A stretch of DNA of 48,315 bases from positions 2,419 to 50,733 of the forward strand of contig CAZIRB010000007.1 of NCBI GenBank assembly GCA_964541695.1, written 5' to 3'. The notes beneath the pieces were generated by a model that made no database searches, was not told the origin of the DNA, and saw only the letters and a program-made list of their open reading frames with translations. The DNA comes from an uncultured Oscillospiraceae bacterium. GTDB taxonomy: Bacteria > Bacillota > Clostridia > Christensenellales > CAG-138. Of this stretch, positions 26,680 through 38,139 are shown piece after piece (the stretch's first letter is position 1; every line of letters starts with the position of its first letter). Made by a program: the position numbers and the translations under genes.

Positions 26680-27129
26680 CTAACCCTCGACCGTGAACCA
26701 TTTGAACTTCCGCTCCCCGCCCACGGCGGCGCGCGGCCGGATCATGCACTTCTTCGACTCGGTCAAAAAGCCAAACTTGGAATACAGCCCGTGCGCGTCC
26801 TCGGTCAGCAGCATGCCGGTCAGGTTCTTGAGCCGCGGCTCGGCGGTGATCTCCGAAATCATCGTCTTGGCGACGCCGCGGCCGCGGTGCGCAACGTCCA
26901 CAACCACGTCGCAGATATAGTACATCGTGGCAAAGTCCGTGATGACGCGCGCAAAACCGATCAGCTGCCCCGCGCCGTTGACCGCGCCCACGCAGAGCGA
27001 GTTTGCCATAGCCGCCTTGATCGTCGCGATGTCGCGGTTGTGCGCCCAATATGTCTGACGAAGAAGATTCAGCACCGCCGCAGCGGGAATTTCCTCCGTC
27101 TGCCAGGTGATGTCGTAGTCCCGTCCCAT
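26680..27129 (-). CDS. GNAT family N-acetyltransferase
   Basis: 149 aa with acetyl-CoA binding block VAHRGRGVAKTMI. Confidence 0.85.
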   Translation of the reverse strand: MGRDYDITWQTEEIPAAAVLNLLRQTYWAHNRDIATIKAAMANSLCVGAVNGAGQLIGFARVITDFATMYYICDVVVDVAHRGRGVAKTMISEITAEPRLKNLTGMLLTEDAHGLYSKFGFLTESKKCMIRPRAAVGGERKFKWFTVEG

Positions 27130-27207
27130 GTGCGTATCATAACATATTTGTCGAATAATTGCGATTGTGATATTCTATATTACAGTTCAAAAAAGGAGAA
27201 TTTCTGT

Positions 27208-28053
27208 ATGTTTCGCGATAAAGCGGGCAACGTTTCCGTCGGAAAGATGATCTCGACCATTGCTCTAGTACTGCTTGCCGTCGTATTCCTCTCGTCGAGC
27301 TTCGTCGTGATCGACGCGGGCCACACGGGCGTCGTGCTCACGTTCGGCAAGGTCAGCAACACCGTGCTGCAGGAGGGCATCCACTTTAAGGTTCCGTTCG
27401 CGCAGCGGATCGTGTCTATCGACAACCGCATTGTCAAGCTCGAGGTGTCGACCGAGGCGTTCTCGCGCGACCTGCAGACGATCTCGTCGGTCGTCGCGGT
27501 GAACTATCATATCAATAAGGATATGTCCTACTCGATCTATAAGCAGGTCGGCCTGGGTTTTGAGGACGTGCTCGTCACGCCCGCGGTCAACGAGGTACTC
27601 AAGGCCGTCACGGCCAAGTACACCGCGCAGGAGCTCGTCAGCTCGCGCAACGAAGTCAGCACGATGCTGAGCGACAGCCTCAACGAAAAGCTCACCGGCT
27701 ACGGCATCTATATCGACGATCTCAACATCATCAACTGGGACTTCTCCGAGGAATATATCAGCGCCGTCGAGGCCAAGCAGGTCGCCGAACAGACGCTGAT
27801 CAAGACGCGCACCGAACAGGAGCAGGCGCTCGTCGTGGCCAACACCGACGCCCAAAAGCGCGTGATTGCCGCCGAAGCCGAGGCCAAGGAGATCCTTACG
27901 CTCGCCGAGGCACAGGCCGAGAGCAACCGGGTGCTTGCCGGGTCGCTGTCCGACCTTCTGATCCGCTATGAAACGCTGCAGAAATGGAACGGCGAACTGC
28001 CGAAGGTGACCGGCGGCTCGACGCCGATCATCGACATCGGGATCGGGGAGTAG
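27208..28053 (+). CDS. SPFH/band 7 (prohibitin family) membrane protein
   Basis: 281 aa from ATG 27208 (AAGGAGAA SD). N-terminal TM helix, then IDAGHTGVVLTFGKV...IHFKVPF and a coiled-coil Ala/Glu tail. The long upstream ORF extension is rejected. Confidence 0.9.
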   Translation: MFRDKAGNVSVGKMISTIALVLLAVVFLSSSFVVIDAGHTGVVLTFGKVSNTVLQEGIHFKVPFAQRIVSIDNRIVKLEVSTEAFSRDLQTISSVVAVNYHINKDMSYSIYKQVGLGFEDVLVTPAVNEVLKAVTAKYTAQELVSSRNEVSTMLSDSLNEKLTGYGIYIDDLNIINWDFSEEYISAVEAKQVAEQTLIKTRTEQEQALVVANTDAQKRVIAAEAEAKEILTLAEAQAESNRVLAGSLSDLLIRYETLQKWNGELPKVTGGSTPIIDIGIGE

Positions 28054-28183
28054 CCATATGCGCTTCCCTTTCCTTTGGCGGCCGGCTTTTGAAATTGCCG
28101 ATAGGACCAGCAGCTTTTTTGCGCGCGGCGCGGGCGGCGGAAATGCCCTGATCAAGGGCCTAGTATCCTGCGTGATGCTCCTT

Positions 28184-29116
28184 TTACGCCCCCGCTTTTA
28201 TCCGCTTCTCATCCAGATACCGCTCGACCTCGCGGCGGATGCCCGCCGAGAACGGCATGGGGCAGTAGCCGAAGTCGCGCGCGGCTTCGTCATGCGGGTA
28301 CGCGCGCGGCTCGACGAGCCGCTGCACCTTCTCGCGGTAGTCCGCGCGGCCGAACGAGAGCAGGTACAGCGCCCATGCGCCCGCGATGGCGAACGCGTAC
28401 GGCGTCGAAAAAAAGCATATGCGCTTGCCGAGGCAGCCCGCGATTTCGGCCAGCATCTCCCGCAGCAGGATCGGCCGCTCGCCGGAGAGCACGTACTGTT
28501 TATTCCGCGTTTCATCCGGATGTATCAACACGTCCAGATAGGCCGCGGCCAGGTCCTCGCGGTGCACGGGCTGCAGCGCAAAGCGCGCGCCCGATACCAC
28601 GGGCATGACCGGCAGTCGGTCCACCATGCGGATAAACTTTGAAACATTCTGGTCGTCCAGATCGCCGTAGATCATCGTAGGCCGCAGCACGGTCAGCGAC
28701 GCGCCCGCCTCGGCGGCCAGGCGCTCGCAGACGGCGTCGATGCGGCGGTATTCCTCGCCCGCGGATTTATATTTTGAATAGATGCCGGTCGTGTGCACGA
28801 GGATCAGCCGCTTTATTCCCGCGGCGACGGCCGCGCGCACGACGCCCTCCGACCAGTGGATGCCCGCGATGTGCAGCAGCGTGTCCGCGCCGCGCATCCG
28901 CCCGGCAAGGCTTGCTTCATCTGTGATGTCGCCCGTTACGAGCTCGATCGGCACGGGACAGCGCATGATCGCGGCCGTGTCGCTCTGCGCCCGCGCGACG
29001 GCGACAAAGCGCAAAAAAGACGCGCGCCCGCGCTGCGCCGCCAAAAGCTCGCAAAAACACGTGCCCGTTCGCCCGGTCAGGCCGGTGATAAATACGGTCT
29101 CCTGCGTCCCGGCCAT
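28184..29116 (-). CDS. NAD(P)-dependent epimerase/dehydratase family (atypical SDR) protein
   Basis: 310 aa with N-terminal VFITGLTGRTG glycine-rich motif. Its start abuts the stop of the upstream DUF3592 gene. Confidence 0.8.
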   Translation of the reverse strand: MAGTQETVFITGLTGRTGTCFCELLAAQRGRASFLRFVAVARAQSDTAAIMRCPVPIELVTGDITDEASLAGRMRGADTLLHIAGIHWSEGVVRAAVAAGIKRLILVHTTGIYSKYKSAGEEYRRIDAVCERLAAEAGASLTVLRPTMIYGDLDDQNVSKFIRMVDRLPVMPVVSGARFALQPVHREDLAAAYLDVLIHPDETRNKQYVLSGERPILLREMLAEIAGCLGKRICFFSTPYAFAIAGAWALYLLSFGRADYREKVQRLVEPRAYPHDEAARDFGYCPMPFSAGIRREVERYLDEKRIKAGA

Positions 29117-29599
29117 TTACAGCTCCCGCATCTGGTAGCCGTCCAGCAGCTCGGATACGTCGACGACGTAGCGGTCGAAGCGGTCGCGGTCCACGCATAC
29201 GTCCACCGTCCTGCGGCTCTCCAGATACGCGCCCGGGTCGAACAGCAGCGGCTCGCTGCGGAACGTATAGATGGTCTTCGTCCCCTCGTCGCGGTACTGG
29301 CACGCGATGCGGTACGGGTGCCGGCCGTTGACCGTCATCGACGCGTCCGGATACACGTCCGTGATCTCGGCCGCAATCCGCACGCCGCTTGCAAGCAGCT
29401 CCTCGCGCCGGCTGCGCCGCACGGCCAGATAGACGAGGCCGCCGCCGCCGATAAGCAGCCATATGCCGGCCTGAACCCCAAGCACGGTCAATACCATCCG
29501 GTCGCCCATCGTATAAATGAGCACGCCGACGCCCGCCAGCACCAGTCCGACGATAAAGAATATGACGAACATTTTTTTCAGGAATTTGGATACGTTCAT
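29117..29599 (-). CDS. DUF3592-like membrane protein
   Basis: 160 aa. Two TM helices flank a soluble beta-rich segment (ITDVYPDASMTVNGRHPYRIACQY). No SD. A -10-like TATACT sits 6 nt from the ATG. Confidence 0.7.
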   Translation of the reverse strand: MNVSKFLKKMFVIFFIVGLVLAGVGVLIYTMGDRMVLTVLGVQAGIWLLIGGGGLVYLAVRRSRREELLASGVRIAAEITDVYPDASMTVNGRHPYRIACQYRDEGTKTIYTFRSEPLLFDPGAYLESRRTVDVCVDRDRFDRYVVDVSELLDGYQMREL

Positions 29600-29605
29600 G
29601 GCGTG

Positions 29606-29634
29606 AGTATATCACACTTTTTTGCCGTTTTGTA
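29606..29634 (-). promoter_or_regulatory. Candidate promoter giving a leaderless DUF3592 mRNA
   Basis: Minus strand TACAAA (plus 29629-29634), 17-nt spacer, TGA-TATACT (plus 29606-29611), then 6 nt to ATG 29599. Confidence 0.3.
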
Positions 29635-29654
29635 TCCCTGCTCACACGGGGCGC

Positions 29655-29696
29655 AAAAATACCGCTTTCCGCCGGTTTTCCGGCAGAAAAAGCGGT
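29655..29696 (-). terminator. Rho-independent terminator after pepF
   Basis: Minus strand ACCGCTTT..CCGG-AAAA-CCGG..AAAGCGGT followed by ATTTTTGCG. Confidence 0.7.
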
Positions 29697-29741
29697 GATT
29701 TGCGGCCGATTTGCCGGCTGGCTCTCTTGGGGAATCGGGGC

Positions 29742-31424
29742 TTACGGCTGCCCGAGATCCTCGAGCAGCGGCCCGAGCGCGGCCTTCACGCTGCCCGGCG
29801 CGAACGGGTTCTTCAGGCTCGCCGCCGCGAGCAGCTCGAGATAGGGCCGGCTGCCGCCGAGATCGCAAAGCCGCAGGTAGTCCGACCACGCGGACGCCCG
29901 GTCGCGCTTCATCTTGCCGTAACACTCGAACGCGCCCATCGACGCGAGCGTGTAGTCGATGTAGTAGAACGGGTCCATAAATATGTGCAGCTGCTTGAAG
30001 AAGAACGCGCCGCTCGTAAAAATCGTCTTCCCGTCGTAGTCGCGGTGCGGCAGGTACTTCTTTTCAAGCGAGCGCCACAGCGCGCGCCGCTCGGCGGGCG
30101 TTAAATCCGGCGCCTCATAGACCCTGTGCTGGAACTCGTCCACGCACACGCCGTACGGCACGAACGTGATCGCGTCGAGCAGGTGGCGCGTTTTGTACTT
30201 CCCCGCGCCCTCGCCGAAGAACCGCTCCATCCAAGGGTACGCAAAGTACTCCATGCTCATGGAGTGGATCTCGCAGACCTCGTACGTGCTCTCCCAATAC
30301 TCCGGCAGCGCCTGCGCCCTGCACGAGCGGAACGCCTGGAACGCGTGCCCGGCCTCGTGCGTCAGCACGTCGACATCGCCGCTCGTGCCGTTGAAGTTGC
30401 TGAATATAAACGGCGCGCTGTAATCCGGCAAAAACGTGCAAAACCCCCCGTTCGCCTTGGCCGGCCGAGTCTCGAGGCTCATCAGCTCGTGCTCGCACAT
30501 GAAGCGGAAAAACTCGCCCGTCTCGGGCGAAAGCTCGTCGTACATCGCCAGCGCCTGCGCCTCGAGGTACGCGCGGTCACCGGCGGGGACCGCGTTCCCG
30601 TCCGGGTACTGCACGGCCTCGTCGTAAAACTTCAGCTTCGGCACGCCGATGCGCCGGGCCTGCTCCTCGCGCAGGCGCGTGCACAGCGGCACGAGCTCTG
30701 TCTGCACCTGCTCGCGAAAGCGCGCCACGTCCGCCGGGCCGTAGTCCGTACGGCCGAGGTTCATGTAGGCAAGCGGCACGAAGTTTTGAAAGCCCATCTT
30801 CTTGCCCATCTCGTCGCGCACGTGCACGAGTTTATCGTACAGCTCGTCGAAACGCTCCTCGTTGGCCTCGAAAAAGCTCGCGTACGCGTCGTAGGCCTGC
30901 CGCCGCACGGTGCGGTTGTCCGACTGCAAAAGCTTGGCGATACCCATTAAATTGCGGCGCTCGCCGAGCAGCTCGATCTCGCACGAGGCGAGGAGCTTCT
31001 CATACTCGCTGGACAGCCTGTTCTCGCGGATCATCAGCGGCACGAGCTTCTTGTCGAAGCGCTTGACCTTAAGCTCCGCGATCTTCAGGATCTGGCCGCC
31101 GAACTCACTCTCCAGCTCCTTAGCAAACCGGCTCTTGAGCAGCGTTTCATAATAGCGGATGAACACGGGCGTGATCTCCGGGATCGCCTCGTTGAAAAAC
31201 TCGTTCTCCTCGTCGTAGAACCGGTCGCGCGTGTCGATCGCGTGGCGGATCTCGACGAGCGTGCGCGATGTGGCGATCTCGCGGTATACGGCCAAAAACG
31301 CGAACAGCGCGCGCTTGAACGAGTCGTAGGAGCGCGCGTTGCGCATGCGGAATATCGTGCGGTTTGCACGCGCGCGGAGCTTTTTCATGTCCGGCCGCTT
31401 ATATATAAACTCGGAAAATACCAT
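29742..31424 (-). CDS. pepF: M3B family oligoendopeptidase (PepF-like)
   Basis: 560 aa with zinc motif HEAGHAF and typical M3 length. Confidence 0.88.
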   Translation of the reverse strand: MVFSEFIYKRPDMKKLRARANRTIFRMRNARSYDSFKRALFAFLAVYREIATSRTLVEIRHAIDTRDRFYDEENEFFNEAIPEITPVFIRYYETLLKSRFAKELESEFGGQILKIAELKVKRFDKKLVPLMIRENRLSSEYEKLLASCEIELLGERRNLMGIAKLLQSDNRTVRRQAYDAYASFFEANEERFDELYDKLVHVRDEMGKKMGFQNFVPLAYMNLGRTDYGPADVARFREQVQTELVPLCTRLREEQARRIGVPKLKFYDEAVQYPDGNAVPAGDRAYLEAQALAMYDELSPETGEFFRFMCEHELMSLETRPAKANGGFCTFLPDYSAPFIFSNFNGTSGDVDVLTHEAGHAFQAFRSCRAQALPEYWESTYEVCEIHSMSMEYFAYPWMERFFGEGAGKYKTRHLLDAITFVPYGVCVDEFQHRVYEAPDLTPAERRALWRSLEKKYLPHRDYDGKTIFTSGAFFFKQLHIFMDPFYYIDYTLASMGAFECYGKMKRDRASAWSDYLRLCDLGGSRPYLELLAAASLKNPFAPGSVKAALGPLLEDLGQP

Positions 31425-31428
31425 TGCC

Positions 31429-32124
31429 CTACTCCCCTTGCTCGATGATTTCGGCGATCGTCTCCCCGACGAACACCTGTCCCTCGCGCGTTAAGTGCAG
31501 CCCGTCCTCGCAAATCAGCTCCGGCATGCGGTGGTTTGCCAGGCAGCGCGACCGCACGTCGATCAACATGCACTGCGTCCGCGCGGCGACCCGCTGCACG
31601 AGATTCGAATACAGCTCCTGAAAGCGATATATCTGCTGCTTGTCGCCAAGCCATTTTAGAATATTGTTCCCATTGAGCCTGTCCCCAACCAAAAAACGGA
31701 AGTACCGCTCCGCGTCGATCGGCGGGAGCGTGAGCAGGATCGGCTTGACGTGCGCATCGTACAGGCGTCTCACCATGCCGCACAGCGTTCTGTAAAACAC
31801 ATCCGGCTTCGTCGCGGGCTCGTGCAAGGCGTCCGGGTTTTCCGAGATCGCGGCCCAGTCGAAATTGCAGTCGTTGCCGCCGAACTCGAGCAGCGCGGCG
31901 TCGGCCACAACGCCGCTTTCCAGGTCGTTTTCGAGCAGCTCGCTGCCGCGCGGCGCGGTGAAGCCGAACCGGGCGCGGTTTTCCAGCCGCACGCCGAGCC
32001 TGTCCGCCGCCACGGAGGCCGCCGTTATGTCAAGCGCCGTGTGGCGCTGCCGCTGCGGGTTCCAGATCACGCCCTTGGCGAGGGAGTCGCCCCAGACCGC
32101 GACGGAACGAATCGTGTTGTCCAT
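31429..32124 (-). CDS. SGNH/GDSL hydrolase family protein
   Basis: Blocks VAVWGDSLAKG, EFGGNDCNF and DGLHLT. I prefer ATG 32124 over the GTG at 32145 because of AGAGG upstream and a TGC-TATAAT element at 32163-32171. Confidence 0.82.
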   Translation of the reverse strand: MDNTIRSVAVWGDSLAKGVIWNPQRQRHTALDITAASVAADRLGVRLENRARFGFTAPRGSELLENDLESGVVADAALLEFGGNDCNFDWAAISENPDALHEPATKPDVFYRTLCGMVRRLYDAHVKPILLTLPPIDAERYFRFLVGDRLNGNNILKWLGDKQQIYRFQELYSNLVQRVAARTQCMLIDVRSRCLANHRMPELICEDGLHLTREGQVFVGETIAEIIEQGE

Positions 32125-32714
32125 GGTTTTTTCTACCTCTGACACAACCGGAGTATATGTCCATTATAGCAAGGTTCCCCCGGGCAGAATGTGAAATTTT
32201 GGCGGTATGAGCGCTCCGTCTAAAAACCGATATGTTTCGGCGATATCCGCCGTGACGGGGTTTTGCCGCTGGCCGCCGAAAAACAAAACTTTTCGGCGGT
32301 GCCCACTGCGGCGGGACTTTCATGCGGACGCAGCCTCGGACGGCTCCGCCGTCTGTCGGCTTTGCCGCATGCAGAGAGTCAAAACCTGCGTACACGCCGC
32401 AGGTTTTGACGGATTGCCTGGTAAGCCCTTGGTTATATCCGGAACTTCGCCGCCATGTAAAACGGGCCGCCTAAAATCCATCGGAGGATTCGGTCTCCCC
32501 GCGGCTTTCTTCGCCGACGGCGGCGTGTACGCCGGAGGCGAAAAGCCTTGCCCGCCAAGGCTTTCCTTACAGGGTTTGCCGGCCGCGCCGAAGGCGCAGG
32601 CAAACCCTGAAACCTCGCAAAGCGGCTTTGCCGCTTTGCGACAAGCAAACCGGCGCGGCTTTCGCCGCGCCGGTCCGTTTTGCGGGGGTATGTGGGTGCC
32701 GGGTTTGGGGGGAT

Positions 32715-32952
32715 CGGTGCGAGGGCTCCCCCACAGTTCGCAATAACTGCGCCAGCCGGTAAAGGCTGGCGCAGCTTTGCTCACTGGACTTTCGCTTCGC
32801 TTCATCCGCCACAGGCGGCGCTCGGCTGCGGCCCTCCTGTCAAGGGGGGAAACCTCCTTTGGAAACCCATGGAACTCCGGCGAACGGACTGGGTTGCCAA
32901 AGAGCCTCCGGCCCTTTGGCGGGTATTTGAGGTCGGAGCCCTCAACGTACCC
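32715..32952. repeat. Mosaic structured repeat, locus B (inverted X module followed by plus-oriented Y module)
   Basis: Near-identity to loci A and C, for example GGAAACCCATGGAACTCCGGCGAACG and the reverse complement of CCGCCTGTGGCGGATGAAGCGAAGCG. Confidence 0.85.
32728..32823 (-). ncRNA. Candidate structured RNA / repeat module X, copy B
   Basis: Its reverse complement matches the X flanks. The apical hairpin here is CTGCGCCAGCC-loop-GGCTGGCGCAG (11 bp). Confidence 0.3.
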
Positions 32953-32990
32953 TGCCCGCCGCCTTTCCATTCATTAACTTAACGCCTTTT

Positions 32991-36749
<3,759 letters not shown>

Positions 36750-36870
36750 TTAGGGCTGCACCACGGGGGTTGTCCGTCCGGCGGCCATCCGACGGCCGCG
36801 TAAGGTAGGCCCGGATGCACACGGCGGGGCGCTTGCGCCGCTTCGCTCCCCCGCCCGTCCCGCGCTCAGC

Positions 36871-37083
36871 CTATTTCCCCCGGCCAAAGCCCGCAAACGC
36901 CCGCGCGGGGACGCCGCTGCGGCCGGTCCGCGCGACCGGAAAGCAGATCTGGTCCGGGTTCGACCGCGCGATCAAGCGCAGCTTAACCGGGTCCACACGC
37001 ATCGCCGTCTCCACGGAAACGGCATACTCTTGGCCGAGCGCGCCGATGTCCGCGCGCGTGATGCGGTCTTTTTGCGATTGCAT
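36871..37083 (-). CDS. Possible small protein (70 aa), function unknown, possibly HTH-like
   Basis: AAAGGAGGAA SD 5 nt before the ATG. GC3-rich codons. MQSQKDRITRADIGALGQEYAVSVETAMRVDPVKL..., but the C-terminal third is low complexity. Confidence 0.35.
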   Translation of the reverse strand: MQSQKDRITRADIGALGQEYAVSVETAMRVDPVKLRLIARSNPDQICFPVARTGRSGVPARAFAGFGRGK

Positions 37084-37149
37084 GGGGGTTCCTCCTTTGC
37101 GGTGTTTGGGGGACGGGGTTTTGCGGGGGTCTGCGGGGTTTGTTTTTTT

Positions 37150-37600
37150 GCGAGGGCTCCGCCCTCGCGCACCCGCCAAAGGGGGAAACCCCCTTTGGAA
37201 ACCCATGGAACTCCGGCGAACGAATCGGGGTTCCAAAGGGCCTCCGGCCCTTTGGCGGAAGTTTAGAGGCAGAGCCTCCAAGAAACCATCCATAGCAGAA
37301 TAAGCAAACGGCAGTTGCGAGCTTTTGCGAGGGCGCTGCCCTCGGCCTCCCGCCAAAGGGACACGTCCCTTTGGAATCCCGGGGAAAACCTGACGAACAA
37401 ATCGGATTTCCAAAGGAGGTCTCCCCCTTTGGCGGGTGTTTGAGAGGGCCGGAGCCGAGCGCCGCCTGTGGCGGATGAAGCGAGGCATAGGCCCAGTGAG
37501 CAAGGAAGCGGAAGGCAGCGGCTTTGGCCGCAACGCACCGCGACCATTGCGAACTGTGGGGGCCTCCAACGTCTCCCGTCCCCTCGTCCCCCACTCCGCC
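37150..37600. repeat. Mosaic structured repeat, locus C (two Y modules, one X module, C-rich tail)
   Basis: Y at 37150-37278 and 37327-37456, X at 37457-37562. See findings. Confidence 0.85.
37457..37562 (+). ncRNA. Candidate structured RNA / repeat module X, copy C
   Basis: Same flanks as copies A and B. The apical element is GCGG..GCGGC-TTTG-GCCGC..CCGC. Confidence 0.3.
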
Positions 37601-37659
37601 GCCTTCCCATCCAGTAAATAGTATACGCCTTTTTTCAGCCTTGGCGCGCAAAAAGCGCG

Positions 37660-38139
37660 CTACGGCAGCCACTTTTTTGCGTGTTTTTCCAGCAGCGCGA
37701 GCAGCGGCAGGCCGAGGCCGTAGCAGGCGGCGGCCTGTCCGACGAACACGTACAAAAACGCGGCCGCATAGCCGACTCCGACGTCGTACACATACACGAG
37801 CAGCGCGCCGACGACGGCGGCGTTGACGAGCACAGGCGGCAGCGGCGCGAGCAGTTTGGAACAGCCTAGCTTCCTTATTCCATAGGTCAGGAGCGCGGAA
37901 ACGAGCGTCGCAAGGCTGCCGAACAGCACGTCGGGCGCGGGCGCGCCGGCTAGAAGATTGGCCAGCAGGCAGCCGGCGAACAACCCCGGCACGGCGGCAC
38001 CGGTCAAAAACGGAAGCACGCAGAGCGCTTCCGCGACACGGCACTGGATCAGGCCGAACGAGATCGGCGCCAGGCCGACGGTGAGCGCCGCATAGACCGC
38101 CGCAATCAAAGCGGCATAGGAGAGCTCGCGCGTCTTCAC
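37660..38139 (-). CDS. queT: QueT family queuosine-precursor transporter (ECF S-component)
   Basis: 159 aa, 5-6 TM, with the MKTRELSYAALIAAVYAALTV...CRVAEALCVLP pattern. GTG start overlaps the upstream stop (GTGA). Confidence 0.8.
   Translation of the reverse strand: MKTRELSYAALIAAVYAALTVGLAPISFGLIQCRVAEALCVLPFLTGAAVPGLFAGCLLANLLAGAPAPDVLFGSLATLVSALLTYGIRKLGCSKLLAPLPPVLVNAAVVGALLVYVYDVGVGYAAAFLYVFVGQAAACYGLGLPLLALLEKHAKKWLP

Noticed and set aside
28054-28183. Searched the convergent spacer between the prohibitin and SDR genes, and the spacers after queT and nifJ, for intrinsic terminators.
   Set aside because: Only short stems were found (e.g. GCCCT-GATCA-AGGGC, GCGCGC-AAAAA-GCGCGC), none with an adjacent U-run on the relevant strand. 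That is not convincing enough to annotate.
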